From assembly GCA_015680685.1 (NCBI GenBank), contig MNCI01000721.1, positions 619,872 through 683,871 of the forward strand: 64,000 nucleotides of DNA, in the 5' to 3' direction. This DNA comes from Gnetum montanum (lineage: Eukaryota > Plantae > Gnetophyta). Below, piece after piece: positions 1-10,380 of the stretch (the stretch's first letter is position 1; each line of letters starts with the position of its first letter). The translations under genes were made by a program, and so were the position numbers. The notes below the pieces were generated by a model, which worked only from the letters and a program-made list of their open reading frames with translations, did not search any database and was not told the DNA's origin.

Positions 1-561
1 CAAGTATGGTCCATAACATAGCCTAACATCTAAACATGTTGGTTTGGCAATTAAATGTGTGTTGACTATGCATACACATCTTCCTGATGGATGGACTTTT
101 AGAATAACGTCCAAGGCTATGTGATTTTTCTGAAATCTTGACTGTTCTTTCTTTTCCATCTCTTGAAGTTCTAGAATTTCAAAAATCATATTTCTTAAAC
201 TCCATTCAAATCTTTGTACTAATTCAAACTTGCTTTCTTTATAAAAGATCGCAAAACCATCCATATTGTGATTTTTGCAATAAGATAATCTATATGGCTC
301 AAAAGAAGAACTTCCACAAGAACCTTTCCACTTATAAATACCTTTGTATCCCATCTTTTCTAAGTTTGGTTGGAATTGGTAAAGAAACTCCCATGGTAAA
401 ACTTCTTGTAGGCATAAAACATCAACATCCAAATCTTGTAATTCTGCTAAGATGTGTGGGTATCGATATTTGTGCTAATCTAAGGCCCATGATGAACATA
501 ACGGATGTTGTTTCCCACTTGCTAAAGATCTTACAAGCACATTGTATGTTGTAATTTTCAT
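1..561 (-). pseudogene. CCR4/nocturnin-family (EEP) deadenylase-like pseudogene, intronless, runs off the window start
   Basis: Manual - strand translation: MKITTYNVL..CSSWALD*(TAG where W is expected), a frameshift, then YRYPHILAELQDLDVDVLCLQEV..MGYKGIYK..DGFAIFYKESKFELV..HIAL..VCIVNTHLIAKPTCLDVRL. TYNVL, CLQEV, DGxAIFYK and NTHL are CCR4-family motifs. The frame is open from about 460 to base 1, so it is absent from the ORF track. Confidence 0.8.
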
Positions 562-1302
562 TCTTATTCTTGGATTCTCTTCTAAATCATTTCTCTTCAT
601 GAGTATCATACTCTTTGTTGAAATGAGATTTTGAGTCTCCATGTTATTTTGCCATATGTTTTCATAGCAAGACGGATTAATATACCCTTTCTTGATAGTT
701 GAAGATCATTTTGTTTCCTCAACTAATTATCCAACTAATACATCAATTAATCATTAACGAATACATCGACTGATAATCAACTACATCAACTAAATAACTA
801 CATAATCTAATTTTAGTAATATATAATTACATGGACTAATTTTTAGTAATATTTAACTATATTATCTAATTATTAATGACCTTTCTACCCCCCCTTAAGA
901 ACACTAACTCCTGCAGTGTAACTAATGACTGCCATAGTGATCTTAAGGTCCCAAAAAGGTTAAATTCATTAGGCATAATTTTTGATATCAACAAATTATC
1001 GAGTACTTGGATGAAAAATCTAACATCACTATTGAGTTAAAAACGGAAAAAAATGTTGGAGATGAGTATTCATATGTTGAGAATGGATATCCTATGCTCA
1101 AATTATGCTAAATTTATGTTTTTTGAAGGTCTTCAAGTACTATATAGGGCAAGGAGTAAAAAACTAACTTTTGGGATTTCCTAGGATAGATCTGACTTCA
1201 CCAAAATGTCCAAAATATTGAAAGCTATAGGAAACAACTCTTCATTTGTTAAAAAAGGCTTTCAAAATCACAAGTTATGGCTTCTTGAGTCTAGAATGTC
1301 TT

Positions 1303-1384
1303 GGCATGAAAACCAAGAATTCTCGACAGGTCATCCATCCCAGTACTACTCTAGAGTGAGCATGCTTAATTACAAAATTTTTAT
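1303..1384 (-). pseudogene. 5S rRNA-derived fragment (3' two-thirds, including the Pol III A/IE/C box region)
   Basis: The reverse complement TTAAGCATGCTCACTCTAGAGTAGTACTGGGATGGATGACCTGTCGAGAATTC aligns with plant 5S TTAAGCGTGCTTGGGCGAGAGTAGTACTAGGATGGGTGACCTCCCGGGAAGTC. The 5' part is missing or eroded. Confidence 0.75.
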
Positions 1385-1799
1385 TATTTTTATTACTAAG
1401 GCACCAAATTTAAATTTTCAAATTTATTTTTGTGTGTTTCTAATTTAAATTAATAATTCAACAACTGAAATTTGAATTTTCTATCAATTGACAAAAATTT
1501 TAATTTTTCCATCAGTTGACAGATAATTCAAAATTTTTAGCCAGATGATGGAGAATTTTCGATTTCATGCCAATGGTTGTGGTGGCCTAGGTGGCTACTG
1601 GGCAATGTCAACAACCAAGTTAGTCTTATCTAGAGGCGATGGTGGTGTAGTATTTTCAGCTGTAGTTGTGATGGTGCAACATTTTTTTCTAGCCTGTGTG
1701 TGGCATCTAGTTCGCTGCCATGGCCTACAAAGGGAAGGAAAAAAAGAGATACATAACGTGGTCTGCCTAGGGTCGATGTAGTGAGCATGACTTGTGTAG

Positions 1800-1998
1800 G
1801 GCCAACATAGCCTACGCAAGCTGGATTGGCCCTTACATGGCTCCACGTGGCCCTCTTAGGTCTTACACAACCCTTTTTGGGGCTCATGCAACCCTCTTTC
1901 ATGGCATGAACGGTTCCTTTTTGGGGCTCGTTTGGCCTTTCCTGGGGCCTACATAGCCTTCCCTAGGGCTTGCATGGCCCTCCTTGGGGCTCACGTGG
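1800..1998. repeat. Degenerate ~20-21 bp GC-rich minisatellite (TGGCCCTCCTTGGGGCTCACG-like)
   Basis: Recurring units ggccctcttaggtcttaca, ccctttttggggctcatg, ggcctttcctggggcctaca, ggccctccttggggctcacg. Confidence 0.6.
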
Positions 1999-2074
1999 TC
2001 CAATACGAGGCTAGCATGACCCATTAATAGGGCCTACATTGGCGACGAAGGTTTTTCTGGTGTTCGAAGAGCAG

Positions 2075-2245
2075 GCGATGATCAATGGTAGGGGAGGTGA
2101 TAATCAACAATAGGGGAGGTAATGATTGATGGTGGAAGAGGTGATGATTAGTGTCATGGGAGGTAATGATCAGTGGTAGGGGAGACAATGATCTATGACA
2201 TGGGAGGTGATGATCTACAACATGGGAGGAAATCATCGATGGTGC
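2075..2245. repeat. Degenerate ~21 bp minisatellite (GGGAGGTGATGATCAATGGTA-like)
   Basis: About 8 units beginning gggaggtgat/gggaggtaat. It explains the repetitive HH/LP ORF at 2024-2380. Confidence 0.65.
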
Positions 2246-2637
2246 TAAAGGTGGTCGAGGACATGTGCATGCAGGGGGACAATGTGGCAGAGGATGACAT
2301 GTAGGAGGGTAGTGGCAGAGTGGTGTGGCTATAGAACAACAGGACATGTGTGACAGTTGGCACACAATGGCGAGGCGCAACGGCTAGGGTAGATCAGCAT
2401 GGTGCATGGTGGGCAGCAAACGATGATGGTAGAAAGACATGATATGATGGGAGTTGTAGGTGACCTACACATTGCAATGGCCTTATTAGGGCCAATGCGA
2501 CTTGCAAGGTCTATGCAGCCATTGTAGGCCAACACTGGTTGCAAAATTTTTTTTAAATAATAATAATATACATATGTATATTTTTTTTAAATAATAATAA
2601 TATACATATGTATATATTTTTTTAATACAACTAAGAA

Positions 2638-2675
2638 GTGAGGGGCTTGGGTTTGAACTCATGACCTCTTATTCA
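2638..2675 (-). repeat. tRNA/SINE-like B-box fragment next to a 34-bp AT-rich tandem duplication (2547-2614)
   Basis: The reverse complement GAGGTCATGAGTTCAAACCCAAGCCCCTC resembles a T-arm/B box (GTTCRAAYC). No full cloverleaf is visible. Confidence 0.3.
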
Positions 2676-3049
2676 AAAAATTTTCTTTATTTTCTTCTTC
2701 TTTTATTATTATTTTAATCCATCTTGCCTTGATGGCTAACATGGTGGTTCAACCGATGACAGGGTAGAGGTTTGGTGTCGGTAAATGGAAATTCTAGGTT
2801 AATTTCCAAAACTAAAATTTTGGAAATTTTTTAAAATAATAATTTAATATTATCTAAATGGACATATAATGAGAAACTTTAAATATCAATATCTCTCAAA
2901 CCGTAAGTCTAATCAAGGAAAAATTTGTACTGTTGGAATAATCTTGACAAGTACTATGCATTGGACATAGTCTTAGGGTTCAAAAATAAAGTTTATTTTT
3001 CAAGGATTAAAAAGATCAAACTAGCCTATTTTGTTGAACTGACATTTCT

Positions 3050-3163
3050 AGGTTAGCATATGGTACATTGAAATTTTGTAGATTACTTGGATAGTGAATT
3101 TCAACAAAACAAGATCAATTCATCTCATAGTTACTAACTTTCTTAAAAGAAATTTAACAATGA
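3050..3163 (+). repeat. 114-bp direct repeat, left flank of the viral integrant (copy 2 at 8436-8549)
   Basis: aggttagcatatggtacattgaaattttgtag...aatttaacaatga against aggctaacatatggtac...aatttaataatga; 4 mismatches counted, no indels. Confidence 0.95.
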
Positions 3164-3533
3164 GTGAGGTTGAAGCTTCGTAAGTGAAGTAGACCCTTTG
3201 TTGCTCAAGCTACATGGCTTAGTTTGATAGAGTTTTTGAACAACGTGATTTTTTAGCTCCACATCTCTAGATGTGCTACGCGGCACCTCTCATGAGAGAG
3301 TTCGAGTTCTGAATTTCTGCGATCGTGTTGTTATTTCTATTATTTTTATCACCATCACCTATGGCATCTCCTCCTCCACCTCCAAATACACCTGATATCA
3401 CCTCATCATCTCGCTATGCTCCATCACCTACCCATACTTTTCCATCTCCAGAAACCTATCATGCCTACATCAATGGCACCATCTTTGATTATTTGATAAA
3501 TTGTAACCGTGAGAAACCTACCGAGTGGGTTCC
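3161..3533 (+). repeat. 373-bp inverted copy of the viral leader 7622-7994
   Basis: Reverse complement of 7622-7994 without indels, roughly 90% identical and mostly transitions. ORFs 3325..3555(+) and 7549..7830(-) share MASPPPP...EWVP. Confidence 0.95.
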
Positions 3534-4010
3534 TTTTGCTGAATGTTATCCATGATGGATGTTAAGCTGGGATTAACTTCTGTTTTGAATGAATTCACTT
3601 TTCTTATTTGTTCAAACAGTGGCTTACTCAATTCTATAGGAATTTTGGGTACTGTAATCTTCTTTCCTTCAGCTGTGATGACCAAAAATTCTTTACTAAT
3701 GGTGTAAGGAGTGACTGAATCAAGAAAGTTAGCTCCTACGCCAACATCATAGCCACTATCATTAATTTGCACAAAGTTGGTTTCTCCAACCAAACTTGTT
3801 TCTAACATTAGTGGAACATCTAAAGCAAACTTTGACAGATATCTCATTCCATTCATAGTATTAATTTTAAATGGCTTTTATGAATCTACCCAATTTTCTA
3901 ATACATTTTGATGTGCAAAATTTAAGGTAGCACCAGTATCAATAAAAGCATTAAAATTTTTCCAACCTTTCCATCTACTGCAATTCTAATGGGTATGATA
4001 ATAACACATA
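3534..4010 (-). pseudogene. Caulimovirid aspartic protease domain, truncated before RT
   Basis: NFNAFIDTGATLNFAH...KPFKINTMNG...GYDVGVGANFL. It has the DTG catalytic motif and a C-terminal ILGxNF-like motif, with one internal stop. Confidence 0.85.
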
Positions 4011-4173
4011 TCGTTGAAACTGTCTTCTTAATCTAATGAAGAATGGATTTTCAAACTTCTAGCTTGCTATCACATGGAGGCTTGTTTAAATCTAACAATG
4101 GCTTGAAAGTCTTGGACTTCTTGTGATCACAAGGAGTAATTAAGAATTTAGTTGGCACTTTAGACTGAATTGC

Positions 4174-5520
4174 CTATTCTCCTTCTATTTCTTCTTTAGA
4201 AAAGTCTTCTTTAGATAATAATGACAGATTCTCTTTACATTGTTTTGAATCTAATGTGTCTTCATTATTAGCTACTTCGCCACTAGTTTCTCCTTCTAAT
4301 ATTTGAGCAAATGGGTTGATTACGCTTTCGGTTGTTGATGTTGTTGAATAAAGCACTTGACTAGAGTTGCTAAATGGTTTTGAAATCTTGTCTTCATTTT
4401 CAAGTAAGATTTCTATCTCTGTGCTATCCCAATCTTCTTCTTCTTCTAACTTATTTTTCATCATTTTAATTTTAGGAACTATTCCTTCATTGGACTCTGT
4501 TGAATCTTCTAAGTCTTCTGAATCTTTCAAATATTTGATCTTGAAAATCTTTTCACCTGATTCTAAGGCTTGCAATAGATCTTCTTTTGTATCTATTAGC
4601 TCCCATTCATTTCCATATTCAGCATAAAAAGCTTTAACTTTGCCTAGAGTTTTCTTCTTGGGGCATTCATATGCATAATGACCTTTTTCTTTGCAGGTGA
4701 AACAACATACATTACTTTTGTTTTTGGACTTTTTTCTCTTGATAAACCGATGTCTTTGAAATCTTTGAGGTCTGGAATGTGTTGGGAATCTTCTGAACTT
4801 TCTTTTAGTCATTCTTTTCTTCTTTAAGGTCTTTGGCCTATAATCTACTCCATCTATATTGTTATATATGGCAACACTTGGAATGATCTTCTACAAACTA
4901 ATATTGTAGCAAGCTTTTTGCAACTCTTGTCGAACTAGATGAATGACATCTATGAAATATTGAAATGAGATGTTGATGTTTTTAGCTAAAGCATTATGCA
5001 TAACCAACTGACCTAATTTATTTGGCAAAGAACCCAAATAAAGATGATTTGTTAATGGATCTCTATCTAAAGCAAGGTAATAAACTTCTCTAGCATATTC
5101 TGTGCTGTATTCTTTAAAATCTTCTAGTCAGTGAAGCTTTTTCTGGCTCAGCATCATTTTGTCACTCATTGTTAAATAATCTATAATCTCAATAGAGAAT
5201 TCTGTAGCTAATGTTGTGTAAAGACATTCATATCCACTTTTAATTACCTGAGTTTTTGCTTCTTCTGTAGAATTATCCCACCAATATCTTTTCTTTCTTT
5301 CTATTCACTTCATTCCAACTCTAATGGCTATTTCTTCTTCTATTTGTGCTGCACTAGCTACAATCATCAGATGCTCAACCCAATTTTTTAGTGTATGCAC
5401 GATTTCTCTTGGTGGAGTGTAATCAATATTGATAAGTGGTAAGGCACTTGGATTTAATTCTTGATAAGCCATAAATCTTGGAGGTATCCTTTGCAGTTTT
5501 AAAGGATATGCCATCATTAT
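4174..5520 (-). pseudogene. Caulimovirid capsid protein region with basic tract, zinc knuckle and acidic C-terminus
   Basis: KRKKSKNKSNVCCFTCKEKGHYAYECPKKK followed by an E/D-rich tract (ORF 4174..4812). The upstream helical CP-like segment is in the same frame with stops. Confidence 0.85.
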
Positions 5521-6299
5521 TCTTCCCTGGCAACCTTGATCTTCCTTAGAACTCTTATCCGACTTAGGCTATTTTAACTTTTTCTCTTTCTTTAATCTCT
5601 TCAACTTTTCTTTCAGTTCGGGTTTCAATGTTCCCTTATGTTCTTCTTGACTAATGCCTTTTTTTAATTTTTCTTCAAGCACTCTTACTTCTTGTAAAAA
5701 CTGCTTTTTCTTTTCTTTTTGTTGCTTACGTTTTTCTTTTACTATTCTTTCATATTGTCCCATATGATCCCATATATCTTGCAATCTTTCTTCCAATTGA
5801 TTCATATTGAAACTACAATAACTTGTCGAGTGCAATAGATAATTTAACTATCGTATTTCTTCTTTTTGATTTTGACTATTTTCTATAGCATGTTCTAACA
5901 AGTAACTACAATCTGCTCTTGTTTTTGGTACCTTATCTTCAGAAACTATTGTATGATAGGAAGCTTTAGAAGGTCATTTTCCTCCTTGCTGAATTCTGTT
6001 TCCTTTAATTTCTTTTATATTTTGCAACATAACTAATGAACCTTTGCAATCTATATTACTTCCTTTACTGCTGCCTTTACTACTACTCCCTTCATCAAAC
6101 TTGACTAACAACAATACTAGAGGTAGCGAAGCTAATTCAATTACTGTTGATCTACCAAATTGTTGTATGGGATATTTATTAAATCTCTTTTATTTTTTTT
6201 GGATTTTTGACAAACTCTTGATCTTTCAAATACTTTTGAACTCTAGGAAACCCTTGTACATAACCTTCATCTTTGATAGATCTTTCACATTCTAACAAA

Positions 6300-6900
6300 T
6301 GTTTACTTCCTACTGGAAACTTAACTTCCCATTTAAGCTTATGATTCATAAAAACTGTATTAGATAACTAAAAAGTACTTTTAGCTCCTATTGCAGCATG
6401 CACACTTTCTGGTAACAATCTTACTCGATGTATTTCAATACACAAAAGTAAAGTTGATGTAATATGTTCATCATTTAAAGACAATTGGAAATTTGGTTGG
6501 ATTGAACAAATAGCATCACCATTTAAAACACCTTTAAATTGACAAATCTTGGACATATCCCAAACTGTTTCTGGATCATCTTCTAAACCATTTCCAATGA
6601 TTCTACTATCCAACAATGTAACTAAAAATTCTACATTTAAATCATAATTGAATTTGGGAATTACAATTATGTCGATTTTTCTAAGATGCACATAGTTATG
6701 CCCTTTTGATTTCCATTTGACTATTTCTTATTATGTGAAAAATGGCAAAAAGACTGGTTTGATTCCATCACCTTTGATGTCAAGAATGGCTTTTTCTTGT
6801 TTGACTGAAGTTGTCAATCGATGATTGAACACAGAGGTAAAATTATAGATAGCCTTTTTTGTGATTTCTGGAAACTCAATCTTGCCATCTTGTTGTACAA
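6300..6900 (-). pseudogene. 30K-superfamily movement protein
   Basis: GHNYVHLRKIDIIVIPKF..VTLLDSR (D motif)..CSIQPNFQLSLNDEHI..LLLCIEI matches the caulimovirid MP pattern. ORFs 7349..7630, 7106..7297, 6731..7048 and 6368..6691 share one frame. Confidence 0.85.
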
Positions 6901-7601
6901 AATATTTTCTACTCAACAAAGATTCATGAAAAGGAATCACCACCTTTTCATCTTCTGTTAACTCAATTTCTTCAATATTCTGAGTTGTAGATCTCATCAT
7001 GAAAGCATGATGTGTTTCCCAATCTACATCTGCAAACTTGTCATACACTTCATTAGATCTTTCACCATGTTCTCATCTATGCCATGCTTGTAATTCTTCT
7101 TGACTCTACTGATTTGCTAATTCTTCATCATATATTTTTGGAGCTTTTTCTTTATAAACTTCTATCTCACCTTCATCCCATTTTGTGATTACTTCATCAT
7201 CTTCTACTTGATATGGACTTGGATCTTCATATTCCATAGAACTAGGAATCCATTGTCTTGCATCTTTGACTTTTCCATTATTTTCTTTAATAGACATATA
7301 TAATTGGTTTGCTAAAGTAGGTTCACCATCTACTCTTGTTGGAGCACTTCAAGGCCTGACTATCACAAACTCATCTAAAGATGGAGATGAATCAACTTCA
7401 TTCTTTATTGGATCTAATTGATCTAAAACTAGGCTTGAACTATACATTAAACTCATCAGATGATAATATTTGCTTGTAACTTCAATTCTATCATCAACGC
7501 TTTTTGCTGCGATCTTGGGAAGCTCATGGGCAAACTCAAGGTGTGGAGTTAGTGGAGGTGCGGGACGAATATGAGCTTGATGAACAATAGCTTTGGACAA
7601 A

Positions 7602-7613
7602 GCTCTGATACCA
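7602..7613 (-). promoter_or_regulatory. tRNA-iMet primer binding site of the pararetrovirus
   Basis: Exact TGGTATCAGAGC on the - strand. Confidence 0.92.
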
Positions 7614-8082
7614 TTTGGGGTGGAACCCACTCAGCAGGGTTCTCAAGGTTACAATTCATCAAATAATCAAAGATGACACCATTGATGCAAGCATGATAGA
7701 TTTTTGGAGATGGAAAAGTATGGGTAGGTGATGGAGCAGAGCGAGATGATGAGGCGATATCAAGTGTATTCAAAGGTGGAGGAGGAGATGCCATAGGTGA
7801 TGGTGATAACAATAATAGAAATAACAACATGATTGCAGAAATTTAGAACTCAAACTCTCTCATGAGAGGTGTCACGTAGCACATCTAGAGATGTGGAGCT
7901 GAAAACTCACGCTATTCAAAAACTCTATCGAACTAAGCCACGTAGCTTGAGCAACAAAGGGTCTACTTCACTTAAGAAGCTTCAACCTCACTCACTGAGA
8001 TTGAAAAACACATTGTGTACAAAACACACTGCAGATTATATTCCTTCAAACTGTGGTGATTTTTAGAATGGTATTAAGGGAT

Positions 8083-8180
8083 ATTTATAGAGGACACATG
8101 GGAGGAGCCCGACCTTGGATAAGCTCAAGCTGCATTATTGATAGCTTACATCACACGCTAAGCATACATCACACGCTTAC
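8083..8180 (-). promoter_or_regulatory. Putative pregenomic-RNA promoter: TATA box plus paired as-1-like motifs
   Basis: CCTCTATAAAT (TATA at 8083-8089). About 60-85 nt upstream lies AGCGTGTGATGTATGCTTAGCGTGTGATGTAAGC, with two TGATGT that could be deaminated TGACGT. Confidence 0.6.
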
Positions 8181-8435
8181 TTTCACACAATAATACACCA
8201 CACTTATTGACACCTATAGTGACATACATGAAAAAAAAGTCAAAGAGCTTTTAGAATAGCTCGATGGACACCATACATCTTGGTCCTAGACCTTTGACAA
8301 TCAACAAAATTTCTGACAAGGTGTGCCATCTCTTCAAGTAGACTTGGTGGTGAATTTGGATCTTCTTACGCATCTTTGAGAAGTGGATGTCGTTCAACCT
8401 TTACTTCATTGTGATAAACATTGAATTCTCAATAG

Positions 8436-8549
8436 AGGCTAACATATGGTACATTGAAATTTTGTAGATTACTTGGATAGTGAATTTCAACAAAACAAGA
8501 TCAATTCATCTCATAGTTACTAACTTTCTTAAAATAAATTTAATAATGA
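8436..8549 (+). repeat. 114-bp direct repeat, right flank of the viral integrant
   Basis: Matches 3050-3163 at offset 5386. Confidence 0.95.
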
Positions 8550-8892
8550 ACCTAATCAATTAATAATTATAGTATTAAGATGAGTAAGAGTTACCTAGCC
8601 TAGTGTATCATCATCTTACCAACATCTCTTGTAATTGATGAATCTTGATGAGGTGTGATTAGATCTTCATCAGCTAATGATATTCATGAAAGAATTTTAT
8701 TGGTTGTTGGAATCTAGATGCCTGATCCATTGTTCATGAAATCAATGGAAAGGTATCTTCAAACTTATATCACAAACATATGATGCATCTAGTGATGATC
8801 AATGGCTTTCCTTGTATTATGGCTTCAAGGTTCATCATCAAGTTCATGTTGTAGTCAGCCTGTGGTTCTAAATGGCCCTTGGGTTATGGTTT

Positions 8893-9481
8893 GCTCTGAT
8901 ACTAATTATGACATCTCATCCTTGGATGTCATGGAAAATGTGAAATATAAGATATATTAGACATTATGCATACAAAGAAAATATGCCAAATGCAAACTAT
9001 ATGTGATATTTGACATTATGTATAAAGAGAATAATAGAAAAAATGTAGAAAGAGAAAGAACAGAATGCTTTATTAATATGGAATAGCATATCCAGATCAT
9101 GCTCTAAGAGTGTTCCTTCAAATTTGCTTCCTTTGCCATCTATCCATTAGAGGCAATCTAACATGACCACCACCATTAGGCCTATAACCCAACCAAAAGG
9201 GATGGCTAGTTGACTTCTTATCCTACTTCACCTAGCTCTCATGACTTGCCTATATTGGCTCCGCCACTCCATATTGGCATGACCTCTAAGCACAGGTATA
9301 AATGTCTCAGGTAAAACCCCCAAATGTTATCTCAAGAGTGACATCCATTGTTACAATACACTCTTTAGGGTCTCAATTACAACTACCCTTTTGGGTCTTG
9401 TTACAATAACAATAACACTTGTTATGAAGAGACATCATCTTTGTTTATGTAGTAGCATCATTTGGGAATGGGGACATGACA
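8893..9481 (-). mobile_element. LTR (8907-9481) plus tRNA-Met PBS (8893-8904) of a decayed LTR retrotransposon, family X
   Basis: On the - strand TGTCATGTCCCCATTCCC...GATGAGATGTCATA followed by TAGTATCAGAGC. Homologous to 9887-10380 and 48476-48962. Confidence 0.7.
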
Positions 9482-9872
9482 CTAGTAGTCTATTTAGGTG
9501 AATTTTTTAGAAGCTAAACTTACAAGGAGGAAGAGGCATATGCTATGAAAAGAGTACAACCAAATATATCAAACAACTATATGATAGTTTGTTTAGGTGT
9601 AAGATAGTACTTGATAAAAAGGATGCTACTGAGAAAGAATGAGAAGCCTAGTCAAGGACAATTTCATATCTTCTCAGCATCATCTTCAAGCCAAATGGCT
9701 TATCATTGTTCTACTTCCTTTTGTTTCTCTATTCTACTTCTTCTCTATTCTGCTTCTTTTCTATTCCATTTCCTTTTTCACTACATGTATTCCACTTTGA
9801 TGTACTTCTTCTTTATAATAATAATAATAATAAATAGTATTTTCTTCCACTTTAGCTCTTGAATCATGATTT

Positions 9873-10380
9873 GCTCTGATACCAAATGTGACATCCCATT
9901 CCTAGATGTCATTAAAACATGATCGTTCGTTGCTTAATTCATCACAATTGTGAGCATTATAATGGAAATACCATGAAATAACTTGATAAATGAACAACTT
10001 GGTAAATTACCGATGCACTAAATTTAACATGAAAGAAAAATAGAAGAAAACTTTTACTAATGAGAGTGGTACACTGTAATGCCCTTTGGGTTATCTTGCC
10101 ATGCCACTTAACACCCTAGAGGCAACCCAACACTACCATCATGGTCAGGCTATCCAACCAAAGGGGTGATCAGTCCCTTCTTGTCCCACTTCACTTGGCT
10201 TTCATCACTTGCCAATTCAGGCTCCACAACTCCATGTCAGCACAACCCCTAAACCAAACCTTAAATGGCATAGGTCAAGCCCATTCCTGAGGGGTACATG
10301 AATAATTGTAACTCCTCATAATGAGGCACCCCTTCATTTGAAGGTTAATTACATCATTACATGAAATACAATATAATATT
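9873..10380 (-). mobile_element. Second family-X LTR (5'-truncated; right boundary approximate) plus exact tRNA-Met PBS (9873-9884)
   Basis: ...GGAATGGGATGTCACA-TT-TGGTATCAGAGC on the - strand. The internal block TAGAGGCAAC..CCAACCAAA.GGG..CTTCAC is shared with 9147-9290. Confidence 0.7.

Larger units (their letters stand above)
3161..8435 (-). mobile_element. Endogenous pararetrovirus (Caulimoviridae) integrant, partial and rearranged, lacking RT/RNase H
   Basis: Order on the - strand: tail of a terminal ORF, intergenic region with TATA, tRNA-Met PBS, 30K-type movement protein, coiled coil, capsid with CX2CX4HX4C, aspartic protease (FIDTGA). There are no LTRs or integrase. A movement protein upstream of CP-AP is diagnostic of caulimovirids. 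Confidence 0.9.

Noticed and set aside
138-554. 138-aa + strand ORF
   Set aside because: Antisense shadow of the CCR4-like frame; no motifs.
4174-4812. Ty3/Gypsy gag or host zinc-knuckle gene
   Set aside because: An upstream movement protein, the absence of LTRs and the caulimovirid-type protease indicate a pararetrovirus.
3161-7994. TIR DNA transposon reading of the 373-bp inverted repeats
   Set aside because: The right arm is internal to continuous viral sequence that extends to 8435, there is no transposase, and no short TSD abuts the arms.
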